From Octopus vulgaris (lineage: Eukaryota), in NCBI GenBank assembly GCA_951406725.2, contig OX597832.1, forward strand, positions 2,790,001 through 2,854,000: 64,000 nt of DNA. The letters are read 5' to 3'. How positions within the stretch are numbered: position 1 is the first letter of the stretch; every line of letters starts with the position of its first letter. Below are positions 40,845 through 54,767 of this stretch, one piece after another. Under the pieces are notes generated by a model that was not told where the DNA came from, made no database searches, and saw only the letters and a list, made by a program, of their open reading frames with translations. Position numbers and translations under genes: made by a program.

Positions 40845-42920
40845 ACTTCATATGGTCAGAGATTTAGGGACATCCTAACTAAGAAATTCGATGCAAAAGT
40901 GGGGGAGCTACAGAATTGTGACAGAGGGCAACTGGGAATTCCTGAGGGACATCTTGCTGAGTGCCACAGCCCAAATCTGTGGCCGGTGTAAAGTCCCATC
41001 TAGACCTAGAGTAACGTGGTGGTGGAACGATGTGGTAGATGGGACCATTAGAGCTAAGAAACTGGCCTGGAAGAATGGGGGTAGCAAGGTACTGTATCAG
41101 ATTGCTAGAAGGGATACTAGGAGACATGTATATCTAGCCAAAGGAGAAGCAGGAAAGAAGTTTGCCTGTGTTCAGCAATATGAGGACCAAAGAACTGAAG
41201 TGTTTCAGATTGCAAGACAGCCTGTGAGAGAAAATTGTGATGTCATAGGAAAGAAATGTTTTTGCATGGATGATGGTGCACTTGCATGTAATGATTCTGC
41301 AAAGAAAGAGGCTTGGAAATGCCATTATGAAAGACTGCTGAATGTGGAGAATGAGTGGGAGGAAGAGAGTCTGCTAAATGTTAACACAATTGAGGGGCTG
41401 GTAATCTGAATCAACAGTTCCATGGTAGAAAAAGCAATTAAGGATATGAAGACAGGAAAGGGCTCCCAGCCCATCAGGAATCTCCACTGAGATGCTTAAA
41501 ATATCTGACAGTATGGGTTATGGTCTAGTTACCTGTATTGTAAATCTGGTGGTTCACAAAGGATCATACCTAATGACTGGTAAAGCAGCACCATAGTCAA
41601 CTGCTTCAAAGGTAAAGGTGATGCCTTAGATAGAAATAATTACAGTGGTATCAAATTGTTGGATCTGGTGATGAAAGTTATGGAGAGAGTCATAACCCAA
41701 CTAATAAGAGAGAGAGGGAGTTAGCTTAGATGAGATGCAGTTTGGTTTTGTGCCAGGGAGAAGCACCACTGATGTTATATTGTTATATTTCTGGTGAAGT
41801 AGCTGCAGGAGAAATTCATAGCCAAAGATAAACCTCTGTATTTGGCCTTTGTTGACTTGGAGAAAGCCTTTGACAGGGTCCCCTGATCCCTTATCTGGTT
41901 GTCAATGCAGAAAGTAGGGGTAGATGAGTGGTTGGTGAGAGCTGTACAAGCTATGTACTGGGATGCTACAAGTAAGGTGAGGGATGGTAATGAGTACAAC
42001 AAAGAATTCAGGGTACAAGGATGTCTTGTTCATCATAAGCAATAACAGAGGAATTTAAGACAATCTGTCCCTGGGAGCTCCTCGATGCTGATGACCTTGC
42101 TCTTATAGCTGAATCACTACCTGTACTAGAGAAGAAGTTCCAAGTATGGAAGCAAGGTCTAAAATCGAAGGGCTTTAGAGTTAACCTAGCAAAAACCAAA
42201 GTCTTAGTAAATAAGAAGGCAGACAAATCACAAATCCTTTCAGGTATATGGCCCTGCTCAATCTGTAGAAAAGGTGTAGCTAGAAGCTCCATAAGATGCA
42301 CCCAGTGTAAGCTTTGGACACATAAAAGGTGCAGCAATATCAGAGGAAGATTGACAGGAAAACTAGCTTTTGTATGTGGAAGATGCACAGGTACAATAAA
42401 CGCTGAAAATGGGCAGAAAATAGATTCTGTCAACTGCCAGGTGGGGGGCAAACTAGAGATAGGAGAAAGCTTCCGTTATCTAGGTGGTCAAGTTAGTAGT
42501 GGAGGTGGATGCTGTGAAAATAAGATTAGGACAGGCAAAGTTCAGAGAGCTCCACCCCTGCTGGCAACAAAGAGCTTGTCTCACAGTGAAAGGCAGATTG
42601 TTTGATGCCTGTTTGCAAACAGCTATGCTGCATGGCAGTGAAACATGGGCTATGACAGCCAAGGACATGCATAGGCTTGAGAGAAATGAAGCCAGTATGC
42701 TTCACTGGATGTGCAATGTCAGTGTGCATGTTCGACAAAGTGTAAGTATCTGGAGAGAAAAGTTAGGCATAAGAGGAATCAGATGTGGTGTGCAAGAGAG
42801 ATGACTATTCTGGTATGGTCATGTGATGCATATGGACGAGGACAGTTGTGTAAAGAAGTGCCGATCTCTACTGTGGAGGGAACCTGTGGTAGAGGTAGAC
42901 CCAGTAAGACCTAAAATGAG
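40845..42920 (+). mobile_element. RTE LINE, 5'-truncated and decayed, with a PHD-like finger after the RT
   Basis: TWWWNDVV, QFGFVPGRSTTD, AFVDLEKAFDRVP, DADDLAL, CSICRKGV..SIRCTQCKLWTHKRC..FVCGRC, HGSETW, GRGRP. Confidence 0.93.
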
Positions 42921-43664
42921 GTCATACCTATCTCACTCATACCAAATCTTTTGTCCTTTACTCACAATTCCTTTGCTTTTGCCACTACTGTAGCCTTGGC
43001 TCCAACTTCAATACCTTCAAATCGTTTACTCCACATAATGTCGGTAAACCCAACCAGCCATTGATGTCACTTACTGATGGGCCAGTATTATTGTCCACAC
43101 CTCTACTGTCATATGAAGTACTGGCCTTCTCTTAACCCTTGTCTACCATATATCCTAGGTCAAATCTGTCTCCTTCAATCTGATGCTGCTATTTCCCACA
43201 TCTTCCTTGAAGATCCTCTCCCCACTATCAGATGTAACAAAGCACCATGACATTCTAGTTGATAGCTCTTTTATCCTCATCACACTCAGTTTGGATCCAT
43301 TGACTGCACTCTCTCCCATTACAAGACTTGTTTCTTCATGCAAAATATCATATCACCTGTACCACCAAAAACATTACTGCATGAAATGCCAGCTTTATAT
43401 GGCTTGCTGTATATTAAAGAAATAAGTTAGAGATTGGTAGATCTTTTAGTGAGCATCAGATATAAATATCTGTAACTCACCAATTCAATTCTCATGACCA
43501 CATCTACATGCACCTCTCTGTTTGTGGTGTTGTTTTATACTATGGATCACCTGTCTCTTGTTTGCCCCATGAACAGAAGCTAATCTTCAGTAAACACAGC
43601 TCATCCAACTAGAATTAATGATCACCATGTTTTCCTTTATTAACACTATCTTCTTCTGAGATCC

Positions 43665-43695
<31 letters not shown>

Positions 43696-44369
43696 TGATA
43701 AATGCCCTCCTGTGTACTTCACAGTTCCTTCTGTCTCCACACACATACTACCTATCACACACGTATACTATTATGCTTTTTGCACACCACTCACGTAGCA
43801 CAACACACACATACACCTACTCATACAACATACTCACCCTTTCATTTACATAACATACTTTCAAAATTTATTTGTCTAGGTTTGAAAGCACACATATTCA
43901 TAACGCATTCTCACACCTTATCTGTTTTAGCTAAAAAACACACTTTTGGTTGTAAAACATCATTCTTCTCAAGTCACTTCCATTATTAATCTCCCCCATA
44001 TCACTATCATTGTAAACACTGCTTTGATGGACCTTTCTTCTCTGAGTGTACTTGACAAAGAAACAGTCTGAAATATTTATTAGTTACAGCAGTATTATTA
44101 CTACCAAGAGGTAATATTTATCTCTACTTAAATGTAGCTGTTCTAGCAGGAATTTTTATCTCCTCACTAGAATATAAACAAGAGTGCATTTTGCATCAAA
44201 AAGCCAATATGAGAGTTTCTCTCATGGTAACTACCACAGTATAGTTTGTTCTAATAAATCATATATGTTTTAAGTGGGGATAAATATTACCTCCCAATGT
44301 CTGAAATGTTGAATTCTGTTTCTTTCTTTTCACCTTAAAATTAATCGTCTTATACACCTATTCACTGTT

Positions 44370-44590
44370 TATGAGGGAGTGCTGGAAAGTTCCTGACTTT
44401 AAGGGTATCATGAAAGACCTGGTTGGAGGCCTAAATTTCCAAGTTCTTTTAAAGGGTTTAGAAAATCTGAAGGACCACTGCAATAAGTTTGTAAATCTGA
44501 GAGGGGAATATGTTGAATAAAATCATAATTAATTGATCCTCCTGTATTTTCTTTTATCCAAAACCAGGAACTTTCCAGCATCCCTTCATA
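44370..44590 (+). mobile_element. mariner-derived MITE
   Basis: TIRs tatgagggagtgctggaaagttcctg / caggaactttccagcatcccttcata; internal GLENLKDHCNKFVNLRGEYVE*. Confidence 0.85.
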
Positions 44591-44744
44591 GTTGTTTCCA
44601 TTGATTTTTTTTCAGTATGTCTGAAACATTTCATCTATATTTTTGATCATGTGTATATCAGTATACCTATCATTCAAATAAGTATACTGTATCCATGCAT
44701 GTTGTAAGAGGCTACTAAAAGGTTGACCTAAAAAATTCCCATCA

Positions 44745-45185
44745 ATCCTGTGCCAGCACTATGGAGTATTGCTCTTACATCTGGGATGGTGCTACTGTTG
44801 CACACACACCCTAGACAACATCCTGAAAATAGTAATCTAACTGAGAGCATGAAGTTGCTCACAGACACTCCAGCTTCTGGCCCAAAGGCCTCTTAACTCC
44901 TCTCTTTGCCTTTTCTACTGTACTATAATGGTCTCTATTCTTCAGAAGTAGCAGAACTGACTTGGCTTTTGCCATCTTCACTTGAGAATTCCCAGCCCAC
45001 TCATCTCTCCTCCTCTTGTCACTCTTATTATGTTCAATCCCCACTGGACCCACATCGATCCTTATGTCCAGTCCTTCCAAAAATGTCCTCCCTCTGAAAC
45101 TTTTTCTGCTCATGTCTTTTCTGCAGATGTTGACTTGCAATGGTTCAAGTGGAACATTAATGATATTGATCTCACCAGTCTCAGA
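44745..45185 (+). mobile_element. CR1/Jockey-like LINE 3' remnant
   Basis: MEYCSYIWDGA; LFYCTIM/YYNG; DLQWFKWNINDIDL. Confidence 0.6.
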
Positions 45186-47251
45186 AGGCCAGTGAAAGCT
45201 ATGGGAACTGCCCTAGTCTCCTAATGCCTGTCTCCTCACTACACCCAAAAACCTATTTGAAAAACTGTGTTTTAAGGCGAAGGGAAACTGAAGCTTTTCA
45301 TCTAAACTAAACATGACATTTCCTGTCTCCTCAAAAGAAATCAACGTATTATCTTTACTCTATCTCCCTTTCTGTTTCCTCTCTTTTACACACACACTCT
45401 CTCTGTGTATAATCCTCCTCTATCTATATCTTCCTTTACTCATTAGCACATCATTATTTCTCCTTTACTTCTTTCATTATTTCTTCTCTACTTCCTTTTT
45501 TTTTTTACAGGTCCCCCATTTCTTCGTTTTCCTTTTACTTTCCCCTATAGTTTGTCTGTTAACTCTCTTCCCTCTTTAATTCTTTACTTTCCCTCACTTT
45601 ACATCTTTTCTCTTTCATCCTCCCTTTACTTTTCCTCTTTCCCTCCTCTTTCCTTTATTCTTCCTTTCTTAAGTCATTCTATCTTTTATCCATTTCTTTT
45701 ACTCTTTTTCTCTCTACTGATCTTTCTAAAAAGACAAAATGAAAGAAAAATGACATAGTTTGTAAAATGAAGTTTATAATAATTAAATTCATAAATGCTA
45801 ACTCCTAATTGAGATCTACACTTTATTCAATTTCTAATCTAATCCCCATTATCTGTAATCTGTTTATCCTATCTTTAGAGAAAAGAACATGAATTTGGCT
45901 TACATCACAAATGTTTCTCTCCTAAGATTATAATCTCATTGATCTAAGCTTTATTGATAAAACACCCAAGGGTGGGGTTAACAGCACTTATAAATGCTGA
46001 AATAGCTTATATTTTCAAATACATTTTACACAGAAGGAAGAGTTTCCTTTGAAGAATGAGATAAGCGATGATTTGCTGATTACTGTGATGACTATGCTGA
46101 CAATTATTGTGATGATAAAGACAAATGACAATGACATTATTGTCATATTATTGCTGCCATCATTACTGATTTCAAATTTTGGCACATGGTCAACAATTTT
46201 GGGTGAGGGGCTAAGTCGATTACATCAACCGTCAGTGCTCAGTTGGTACTTCTCTTATCAACCTTGAGAGGATGAAACGTTAAGTTGATCTCAGCAGAAT
46301 TTGAATTCAGAACATAAAGATAGATGAAATGCTGCTAAGCATTTTACCCAGCATGTTAACAATTCTGCCTATTGCTGCCATCAATATTTATCCTGTAATA
46401 CATGTCAGGTATTTATAGTTAGAAACAGAAATGAGGTCCAAATGTTTTGTTTTGTTAGGAAGTCACCAATGCTTTACAGCTGCATTCCATGGTCAATTAA
46501 TGGTTTCTTGAATTGCTGATTCACAAATTAGTAAGAGCACAGTCCCACTGTTTGGCAGCTTGGGCAAGAGTTTTCTATTATAGTCCTGGGTTGACCAAGT
46601 CTCTTGTGAATGGATTTGGTAGACAGAAGCCTGTTGTATATGTTTGTGTGTATATGTGTCTCCACCCCCCACCACACTACTTGACAGCTGGTTTTGGTTT
46701 GTTTACCACAGACTTAGCAGTTTAGCAATAGAAGCCAATACCAAACGTCAAAAACTAAGCACTGGAATCGATTTGTTCTACTAAAACCCTTGGTGGCAAG
46801 GCCCCAGCATGACCATGAGTCCAATTACTAAAACACGTAAAGGATAAAAAGGAATTTAATTGAGCACATTACTTATTTTATTAACCCTCAGATGAAAAAT
46901 AAAATTAGCCTAGGCAAGATTTAAACTCAAAACACAGACTTATGATAATAAATAAATAAATTCAGTGATTTACAGCTACTGGTAAATAATCACCATTAGT
47001 AACAGTAACTCAAAACAATGCACAGCTACCAGTCAACTTTCATTATATCTTAATTATGCACTAATTGGCAGTTAACCACTTTCAAGAATTTGCTTAGAAA
47101 ATGGAACACTATTTACAGGAAAAATGTCATTAAATATGTTCACCTTGGAGTAACTTAATCAATTGAATCCTTTTATTTAGAAAAATATATCTATATGATT
47201 TGCTAATGGAATATAATCACAAGCAGGCTTCAGTTGTTAACTAGATCTTAC

Positions 47252-47299
47252 TTATGATTAATGATTAAGATGACAGATCATCTTAATCATTAATCATAA
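47252..47299. repeat. Perfect 22-bp inverted repeat with 4-nt loop
   Basis: ttatgattaatgattaagatga-caga-tcatcttaatcattaatcataa. Confidence 0.95.
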
Positions 47300-47434
47300 T
47301 TCATTAACCCCAGCTCAACAAACTAGGAAAAGTAATAGAAGTAACCAAGAAATGAGACTAATTTGAATACAAGCTTATTTTATTTATTTTATATTACTTT
47401 TGTGAATGACAGTCTTATTTTCTTATATTTAAAA

Positions 47435-48389
47435 CCCTGCTCAATCTGTAGAAAAGGTGTAGCTAGAAACTCCATAAGATGCACCGAGTGTAAGCTTTGG
47501 ACACATAAAAGGTGCAGCAATATTAGAAGAAGGTTGACAGGGAAACTAACTTTTGTATGTGGAAGATGCACAGGTACAATAAACGCTGAAAATGGGCAGA
47601 AAATAGATTCTGTCAACTGCCAGGTGGGGGGCAAACTAGAGATAGGAGAAAGCTTCCGTTATCTAGGTGGTCAAGTTAGTAGTGGAGGTGGATGCTGTGA
47701 AAATAAGATTAGGACAGGCAAAGTTCAGAGAGCTCCACCCCTGCTGGCAACAAAGAGCTTGTCTCACAGTGAAAGACAGATTGTTTGATGCCTGTTTGCA
47801 AACAGCTATGCTGCATGGCAGTGAAACATGGGCTATGACAGCCAAGGACATGCATAGGCTTGAGAGAAATGAAGCCAGTATGCTTCACTGAATGTGCAAT
47901 GTCAGTGTGCATGTTCGACAAAGTGTAAGTATCTGGAGAGAAAAGTTAGGCATAAGAGGAATCAGATGTGGTGTGCAAGAGAGATGACTATTCTGGTATG
48001 GTCATGTGATGCATATGGACGAGGACAGTTGTGTAAAGAAGTGCCGATCTCTACTGTGGAGGGAACCTGTGGTAGAGGTAGACCCAGTAAGACCTAAAAT
48101 GAGGTCATACCTATCTCACTCATACCAAATCTTTTGTCCTTTACTCACAATTCCTTTGCTTTTGCCACTACTGTAGCCTTGGCTCCAACTTCAATACCTT
48201 CAAATCGTTTACTCCACATAATGTCGGTAAACCCAACCAGCCATTGATGCCACTTACTGATGGGCCAGTATTATTGTCCACACCTCTACTGTCATATGAA
48301 GTACTGGCCTTCTCTTAACCCTTGTCTACCATATATCCTAGGTCAAATCTGTCTCCTTCAATCTGATGCTGCTATTTCCCACATCTTCC
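47435..48389 (+). repeat. 955-bp near-identical duplicate of 42252-43206 (RTE 3' part plus flank)
   Basis: Same length, same frameshifts and same downstream flank. Confidence 0.95.
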
Positions 48390-48950
48390 GTAGCTTCCAT
48401 GTATGACATGGAAGCCCCCTGTATGTTGTCCAACATGTTCATTAAAGTCACCAGCCACAAAGAGAAGGTCCCTGTCATTCGTCAACCAGTTAGTCTGCAA
48501 GAGGGTGTCATAGAATCGGTCTTTCTGTCCGTCGGGTAGCCCTGGCTGAGGGTTATAGGCCGAGATAATGGTTGTTAACCCCTAATGAAGCACTAATCTA
48601 ATCTTAAGTATTCTGTTGCATACTCTGACTACCTCAATTACCTTATCATCCCATTTCTCCACAAGAAGTATACCCACATCCCTGACCCCATCAGTGTTTC
48701 CTGCCCAGAAAATCTTGTACCTGTGTTCTTTGCCTGTGAGGAACCTCCTCTCCACCTTACTTCTTAGAGGCAGCACAAATTGAAACATCTCCGTTCAAGC
48801 ATCTCTACAATCTCACCAGACCTACCTTTTAGCGTACTGACATTGAGAGTGCCAACCCTGAGGGTGTGGGCTAATGAAACCCTGGAATGGGGGACAGCAG
48901 CATCATGTACCCGAAAAGAAGAAAGCTTGCATTTGGCAGAATTCATAAAC
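48390..48950 (-). mobile_element. RTE LINE 5' fragment (APE endonuclease)
   Basis: RVGTLNVSTLKGRSGEIVEML; GVRDVGIL; IISAYNPQPG; VAGDFNEHVG. Confidence 0.9.
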
Positions 48951-49700
48951 AAACAATAGCCTTCAATTCAACCTGCATACACTACACCATCATATTTATG
49001 CACTATATGATCACTACATTACAAAGGAGATAAACCCTAAGTAGGGGTGGGGATGGCGTAAAGCCTTTAGAAGTGTTCATGGGAGACAACCAAAGGATGA
49101 TAGAGGGGAATCCAAGTGCATGCATTAGTTTTATGTAGGGTGGGGCTGGGGGTGGAGGGAGTCTTAGCGAAGCAAGTGGTAATCAAAAGAGAGACAGACA
49201 GTGAGGCCGAGAAAGAGAGACAGAGTGAGGCAGAGAGAGAGAAGGGGTGTCAGAGTTAGAGTGATCAGAACACAAGGGAGAAAAATATTCTTTTGGGATT
49301 TGGGTAGCATAATTTAACGAAACAGCAAATGTCGATAATAGTAAAATACAATTGAAAAATCTTAGAGTTTTCGGTCAGCCAGTCTATGACAAAATTAGAG
49401 AAATAAGTGACTGTGTGATAAACTTCAATAAATGAATATGTGGCAGTTAAGGATATGCATGAACTAAGGCTATCTTAAGGCAACAACAAGGAAGATGAAA
49501 CTATTGAAGCTATATTTACATGTTTATAAGGTAATTAAATAGACAGAATAATGAAAACAACTAATAAGGGGTTTATGATCTGCGCAGAAATAGAGGAATA
49601 GATGAACAAAGTTGAAAGACAAAATTTCTTATCTGACCATCTTCTGAAATTTGTATATATATATATAAAGGCAAATTGGTGTTAGAAGCTGAATTCTAGA

Positions 49701-49735
<35 letters not shown>

Positions 49736-50348
49736 AATCAGTGATACGTTTCCTTACAAATTTTCCATCCATCTCAGAAGATGAAATATCTTTATTTACT
49801 ATCTTTCATATGATAAATATAGATGACAAAGTAAAGATTTTTCACACAAAAGATCTATACTGACAGGAATGGGTTGCCAACTTTGACATTAAGACAGCTG
49901 ATGAATAAGTAGAATCAATAAATTTGAAACATCATACTGGTAAGTTGAAAGGCTCATTAAAAGTGAGTTGGCATATACAAGTTTTGGCCCTCAAGCATAA
50001 AACTTTAAGTAAAGATGAACCAAGGATCACTCTACTAGAAATATCAGCCAAGGTTCTCCCAAACAATAGCCCTCTGTTATAAAAATCTAAAAACACCTTG
50101 GATAAATGTAGTTCTGGTAAAAGACAATGTGAGGTGGAGACATGGCTGGGATGGTTTTCAATAATAATAACAAATAAAGCAATCTATATGATAATCTTGA
50201 GGTCTATTACAGTAAAAAATTGTTTGTTGTAATAAACAAACAAAACAAATTTGATATATGTAAAAAATGAAAATTAAATTCAATTTAATGTTATAGACCA
50301 GTAATAATTGCAACATTAAGTGCAATCTTTTTTGTCTTTTAACTGCAG

Positions 50349-50410
50349 GTGGAAAAGCATTTGGTATATTGAAGGAAAAACAAGAAACAGAGTTAAACAG
50401 AATAAACCAG
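50349..50410 (+). CDS. AIF1: Internal exon of allograft inflammatory factor 1 (AIF1/Iba1 family)
   Basis: Pyrimidine tract and tgcag acceptor, CAG/gtaagc donor; (G)GKAFGILKEKQETELNRINQ matches AIF1 GGKAFGLLKAQQEERLDEINK. Confidence 0.92.
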
Positions 50411-50615
50411 GTAAGCAAAATGATAACACTGGTCAACAAAATTAAATGTATTATATTCATTAGGAATACAAACCAACTTTTTTAGCCTAATTTTTCATGT
50501 TGATTTCAAAATTTCACTCCATTTGTATGCAGCACATATCAGTTTTTCAGTAGATACATGCAAATATTTACATATTTGTATATATGAAATCATTAACATA
50601 ATAAATAAGGACATA

Positions 50616-51208
50616 TTATTACCTCTGCCAAAGAAGGAGGTTATGTTTTCATTGGCGTTGGTTTGTCCGACTGTGTGCAAAATAACTCAAAAAGTTATTA
50701 ACAGTATTTGATGAAACTTGCAGGAAAAGTTGGTAATTACAGAAGGAATTATGGATTCTTGAAGGATTTTTCATTTGTTATATTTATTTTACATGAAGTA
50801 TTACAATGTTACATTCTTTGATCATCTCCCTTGAAAACACAGTGTTTCCACGTAACCTATGGTGGCGTTGCTGTTTCCAAAGTTTATTTTCATTTCTCTA
50901 TTAGTAATTTTACTCACGTATCTATCTTAACACTCAAGTTTTAGGTAATTGTTGTTTCTTTTTATTTGTATGGTGAAACTAGCTTGCTGTTGTCATTGAT
51001 GTATTATAATTGCTTTAGATGTTTCCTGTTTTTAAAGGTTTTTTTTAAAAAAAATCATATGGCTGTGTTATTTTTTTAAACTCCACCAAGGAGGTTATGT
51101 TTTTGCTGGCATTGGTTTGGTTAGACTGGGCAATTTTCAGCATGCATGTATATGGGTGGAAATGAGCGGCTTGGTGGTGGTCCGCACTCTCCGAGTGCTT
51201 TCCTAGTT
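50616..51208 (+). mobile_element. Non-autonomous Helentron-like element nested in Chapaev3
   Basis: ttattacctctgccaa..ggaggttatgtttt start; ttggtggtggt sub-terminal IR, gcactc-tcc-gagtgc hairpin, ctagtt end. Confidence 0.7.
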
Positions 51209-51885
51209 TATAGAAAGTAAATGAGTTTATTGAGTTAAAATCATCACTATCATTCTACAAAGAGTGAATACACAAAAAATAGGTCAGACAAAACAAAGTT
51301 AGAACAACAGAGTTAGAACCATTGTGATTTGGATTTTCTGTGGTGTTCCTGATCTGGTTGATCCTGATAAAATGTCCAGCAGTAGTCAGCCAGCATACTG
51401 TCATTCCAGAAGCCTTGGTAACGTTTCTCTATAACACTAACATCTTAGTGAAATCTTTCACCATGTTCATCCGACACTGTTCCAAGGTTATCTGCAAAGA
51501 AATCCAGATGGGAGTCCAAAAAGTGAACTTCCAGTGACATGTGACAACCCATTGCTGAGTAATGTTTCAGAAGATTCTTGATGCCATCCTTGTAGTCCAT
51601 TAACTTCTTGTTGCCAAAGAAATTCTCACAGATCCAATTGAAAGCATTCCAGGCAGGCAGTTCCTGTTCATCCACTGTTGCCTTGAAGTTGACATCTTTG
51701 AGTACTTCTGTAATTTGGGGGTCTGACAAAGATACCCTCTTTCGACATTGTCTGTGTGATTTTGGGAAACTTTTCTACAATATGCTCAAACCCTCTGGCG
51801 TTTCTCTTTCCTAGTGTGTTTACAAACCGTTTCGTCAGTCCAAGCTTTATGTGTAAAGGAGGCAATAGGACATTGCATGGATCTT

Positions 51886-52884
51886 GTAGTGACTGTGCGA
51901 AGTGAGGTGATGAGAATGGCTCCCTAGTACATCACACAGTCAATACAATAAATATGGAAAGGATAAATGCATGTAAGTGCCAAAAGGAAAAGAGAGACAC
52001 AACCGGGTAGAATGTTTAAGAGAAGATTTTATTGATAGGTTAACATGTGTATCTGTGGTGCATCATGTATATTAAATGACAGGCAGTCATGAGAACAAAG
52101 TGCATGTGCATAGGCATGAATGTATGCATATGCATTAAGTACAGAGCATTGAAAGAGTCTATTATATGACATTAGAAGAATGTTCAGACACAAGGATGAT
52201 AAATACCAGTTCGTAGTCAATGTACACGATAGCTGAAATGCTGTATCAAGAAGTTGTGGCTGTAATGTAGAGCTGGTTGAGGTACATGTCGTACAAGAAG
52301 TTGTGGCTACGATGCTAGTACCGGTCACTTGTTACAGGAGTTCTCACAGGTTGTATTTGCTGTTAACCATGGTGAAGTGATTCACAAACAGTGTTGTGTT
52401 AGAACCTGTGCGAGTGTTGCTGATTGCTGTATATGTAGAGAGATGATGTTGATGTTAGGATGAATGCTGGCGACAGAAATGGAAGTCTTCAAATGCTGCT
52501 GGATGAAATTGATGAGTCTCCTGTGGCTGCTGTTGTGTTGTCGCTGGAACTGGCTGTGTCCTATGTGGTCAGTGGCTAGACCTCAAAAGGTCTGTAACCA
52601 AAAGACATCGACTTGGTGTGAAGCTAGAGTTTTATAATGAGCAGTCGGCTCAAACTGAGGTTTAGAAGAGACTGTATCACGTGACCTTATTTGAAGGCTG
52701 CAGCTGGTTGGGTTGCATATTGGCATGCAATAGAGCAAGAGACAAATTGCGCCAATACCAACCAATTAGAGTAGTGGACACAACAGGGTCCAAAAGGGCG
52801 GCTGAAGGCTAGCTGTTATCTACTTCATCCATATTTATGTATATATAACAGAGAGAGAGGAATTTCCCTCAAGTGTACACTACA
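51886..52884 (-). mobile_element. LTR retroelement remnant interrupting the Chapaev3 ORF
   Basis: tgtagtg / cactaca ends; splits KNTPL / DPCNVLLPPLH; internal TGTAA..TTACA segment with AATAAA at ~51973-52336. Confidence 0.5.
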
Positions 52885-54334
52885 AGAGGTGTATTCTTGA
52901 TGCCTAGACTGTCCTGGCTAGTATGATGTTCTTGTCTGCCAGTTTGATTCTGAATAATGACTGTCAGTTGTCCTACTATCCCATAGACACAAGAAATGTA
53001 TTTGTTAACATTCCAATGACTTTTAAATCTCCACATATTTTCCATGAGTATCTTTCATAGGCAATGGCACAAAGTAAAAGTTCCATATTCTCATATGATT
53101 CATGAAGAATGGAGTGTGCAATAGGAATGGGAGGGCTTCAACTTACCATTATAGGGAAGTACAACTTTTAAACTTCGCTTTGAAGAGTCAATAAACAAAC
53201 ACCACTCTGCAGGATCGTGATTCTGTGATAAACATTTGAAAAGTCCATCGATGTTACTGCAAAAGGAAAGCAGGCCTGCAACAGAAAAACATGTTTGTAG
53301 AACTACATTTCTCTGTCAAAAATAAGTTATATGAACACTGTACTCTAGCAGATACTTCTCCTAAAGTCATTATGCCAACAGTTTTGCTTTATCTTTTGAG
53401 ATAGGTCATTCAGTTCAGCTTGGAAAAATTTCTGAGGTTCAAAGCTATTGTTATCAGTCATGTAATCTTCCTCAGCAGCACTATAAAGAGACAGCCAGCA
53501 TCATCATCTGATGGAACTGGAATTGGCAGACTTCCATTGTGAGACACAGGTCTCACATTGCAGAATCTGAATTGGGATACATAATTGTGTGTTTATTCTT
53601 CATAGAAAATTCTGTGACATTTATTTTGCAAAAATAACAGTCATTAAAATGGTCTTTCAGCTCCTTCCATATCATTGGAATGGCAAAAGGTATGGACCTC
53701 TTATTAAACCACTCATGTAAGCCATTTGAGAAAGCTGAGCAGATAAAATGTGGTGCCCATAACTTGTCCTGATCTCCAAGAGGACAGTCAAAGTATAGCT
53801 TATAAATTTTCTTGATCTCTGGTGTTATTGTATATTTTTGAATTTTCACAAAAAATTGTCCACAGATGTAACAAAACACATCAGGACGATTTCTACACTA
53901 TCTTGACATAGTTAACACTGTAAAACAAGCAAGGAAATAGATACAAACGGTTATACTTATATTGAATTTGGGATGATGAAATATTTCAGCAGACCAATTA
54001 TGACTGGACAATTTGAGATGTTGAAATACCTATTTTAATCAGACAAAACTTGATTGGTCAATTTAAGATGATGAAATATTCCATCTGAACTATGCAACAA
54101 TGAATAATGTAGTTTATTTTAAAGGTATGTTTCCATAATTTAAATGAAATACATGCATACATGTCAATAATTGGAATTTCTATATAATGCATGAGCTAAA
54201 ATCAAAAAACTTTCTCATCTTGAAAACTGTATGTGATGTCAAAAACTAATTGAATATTTGAAATCAGCATTAAAAACTACACTAAGTACACCTTGATATA
54301 TGCTTGATAAAAAATACCTGTTGACCAGTGTAAT

Positions 54335-54767
54335 TAACCATTTACCACTTAAACCATTAGCATTCAAACTGGTCTTAACCAGCCAAAATAGTCTACCTGT
54401 TTTATGTCCAAATAGGACAGATTTGATTTCTCACACCTACTCTACACTGTCATTCATCAAATAATCACATCATCAAAATCTCAAAGCTATGAGACAATAC
54501 ATGGTTAATTCAAAACAATGTGAATAAATAAGCATTACATTTGACTGAGTAATCTGAATGCTAAAAGGTTAAACCAGCCAAAATATTCTACCTGTTTATG
54601 TTCAAATCAGCCAAATTGGGTCTTTCACACCTACCTTACAATGTCATACTAAACATATACAACCACATCATCAAAATCTTGAAGGTACAAGATAATACTT
54701 GATTTATTTAAAACAATGTCAATAAATAAGAATTATAATACAGTTTAATCTAAATGCTAAAGGGTTA
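54335..54767. mobile_element. Two nested or tandem piggyBac-type MITE copies
   Basis: aatgctaaaaggttaa at ~54570 and aatgctaaagggttaa at ~54767. Confidence 0.7.

Larger units (their letters stand above)
50427..54330 (-). mobile_element. Chapaev3-type (CMC) DNA transposon, decayed, with nested insertions
   Basis: TIRs cactggtcaaca / tgttgaccagtg; TAA TSD; FCYICG, LGDQDKLWAPH, DCYFC, PPLHIKLGL, SDEHGERFH. Confidence 0.88.
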
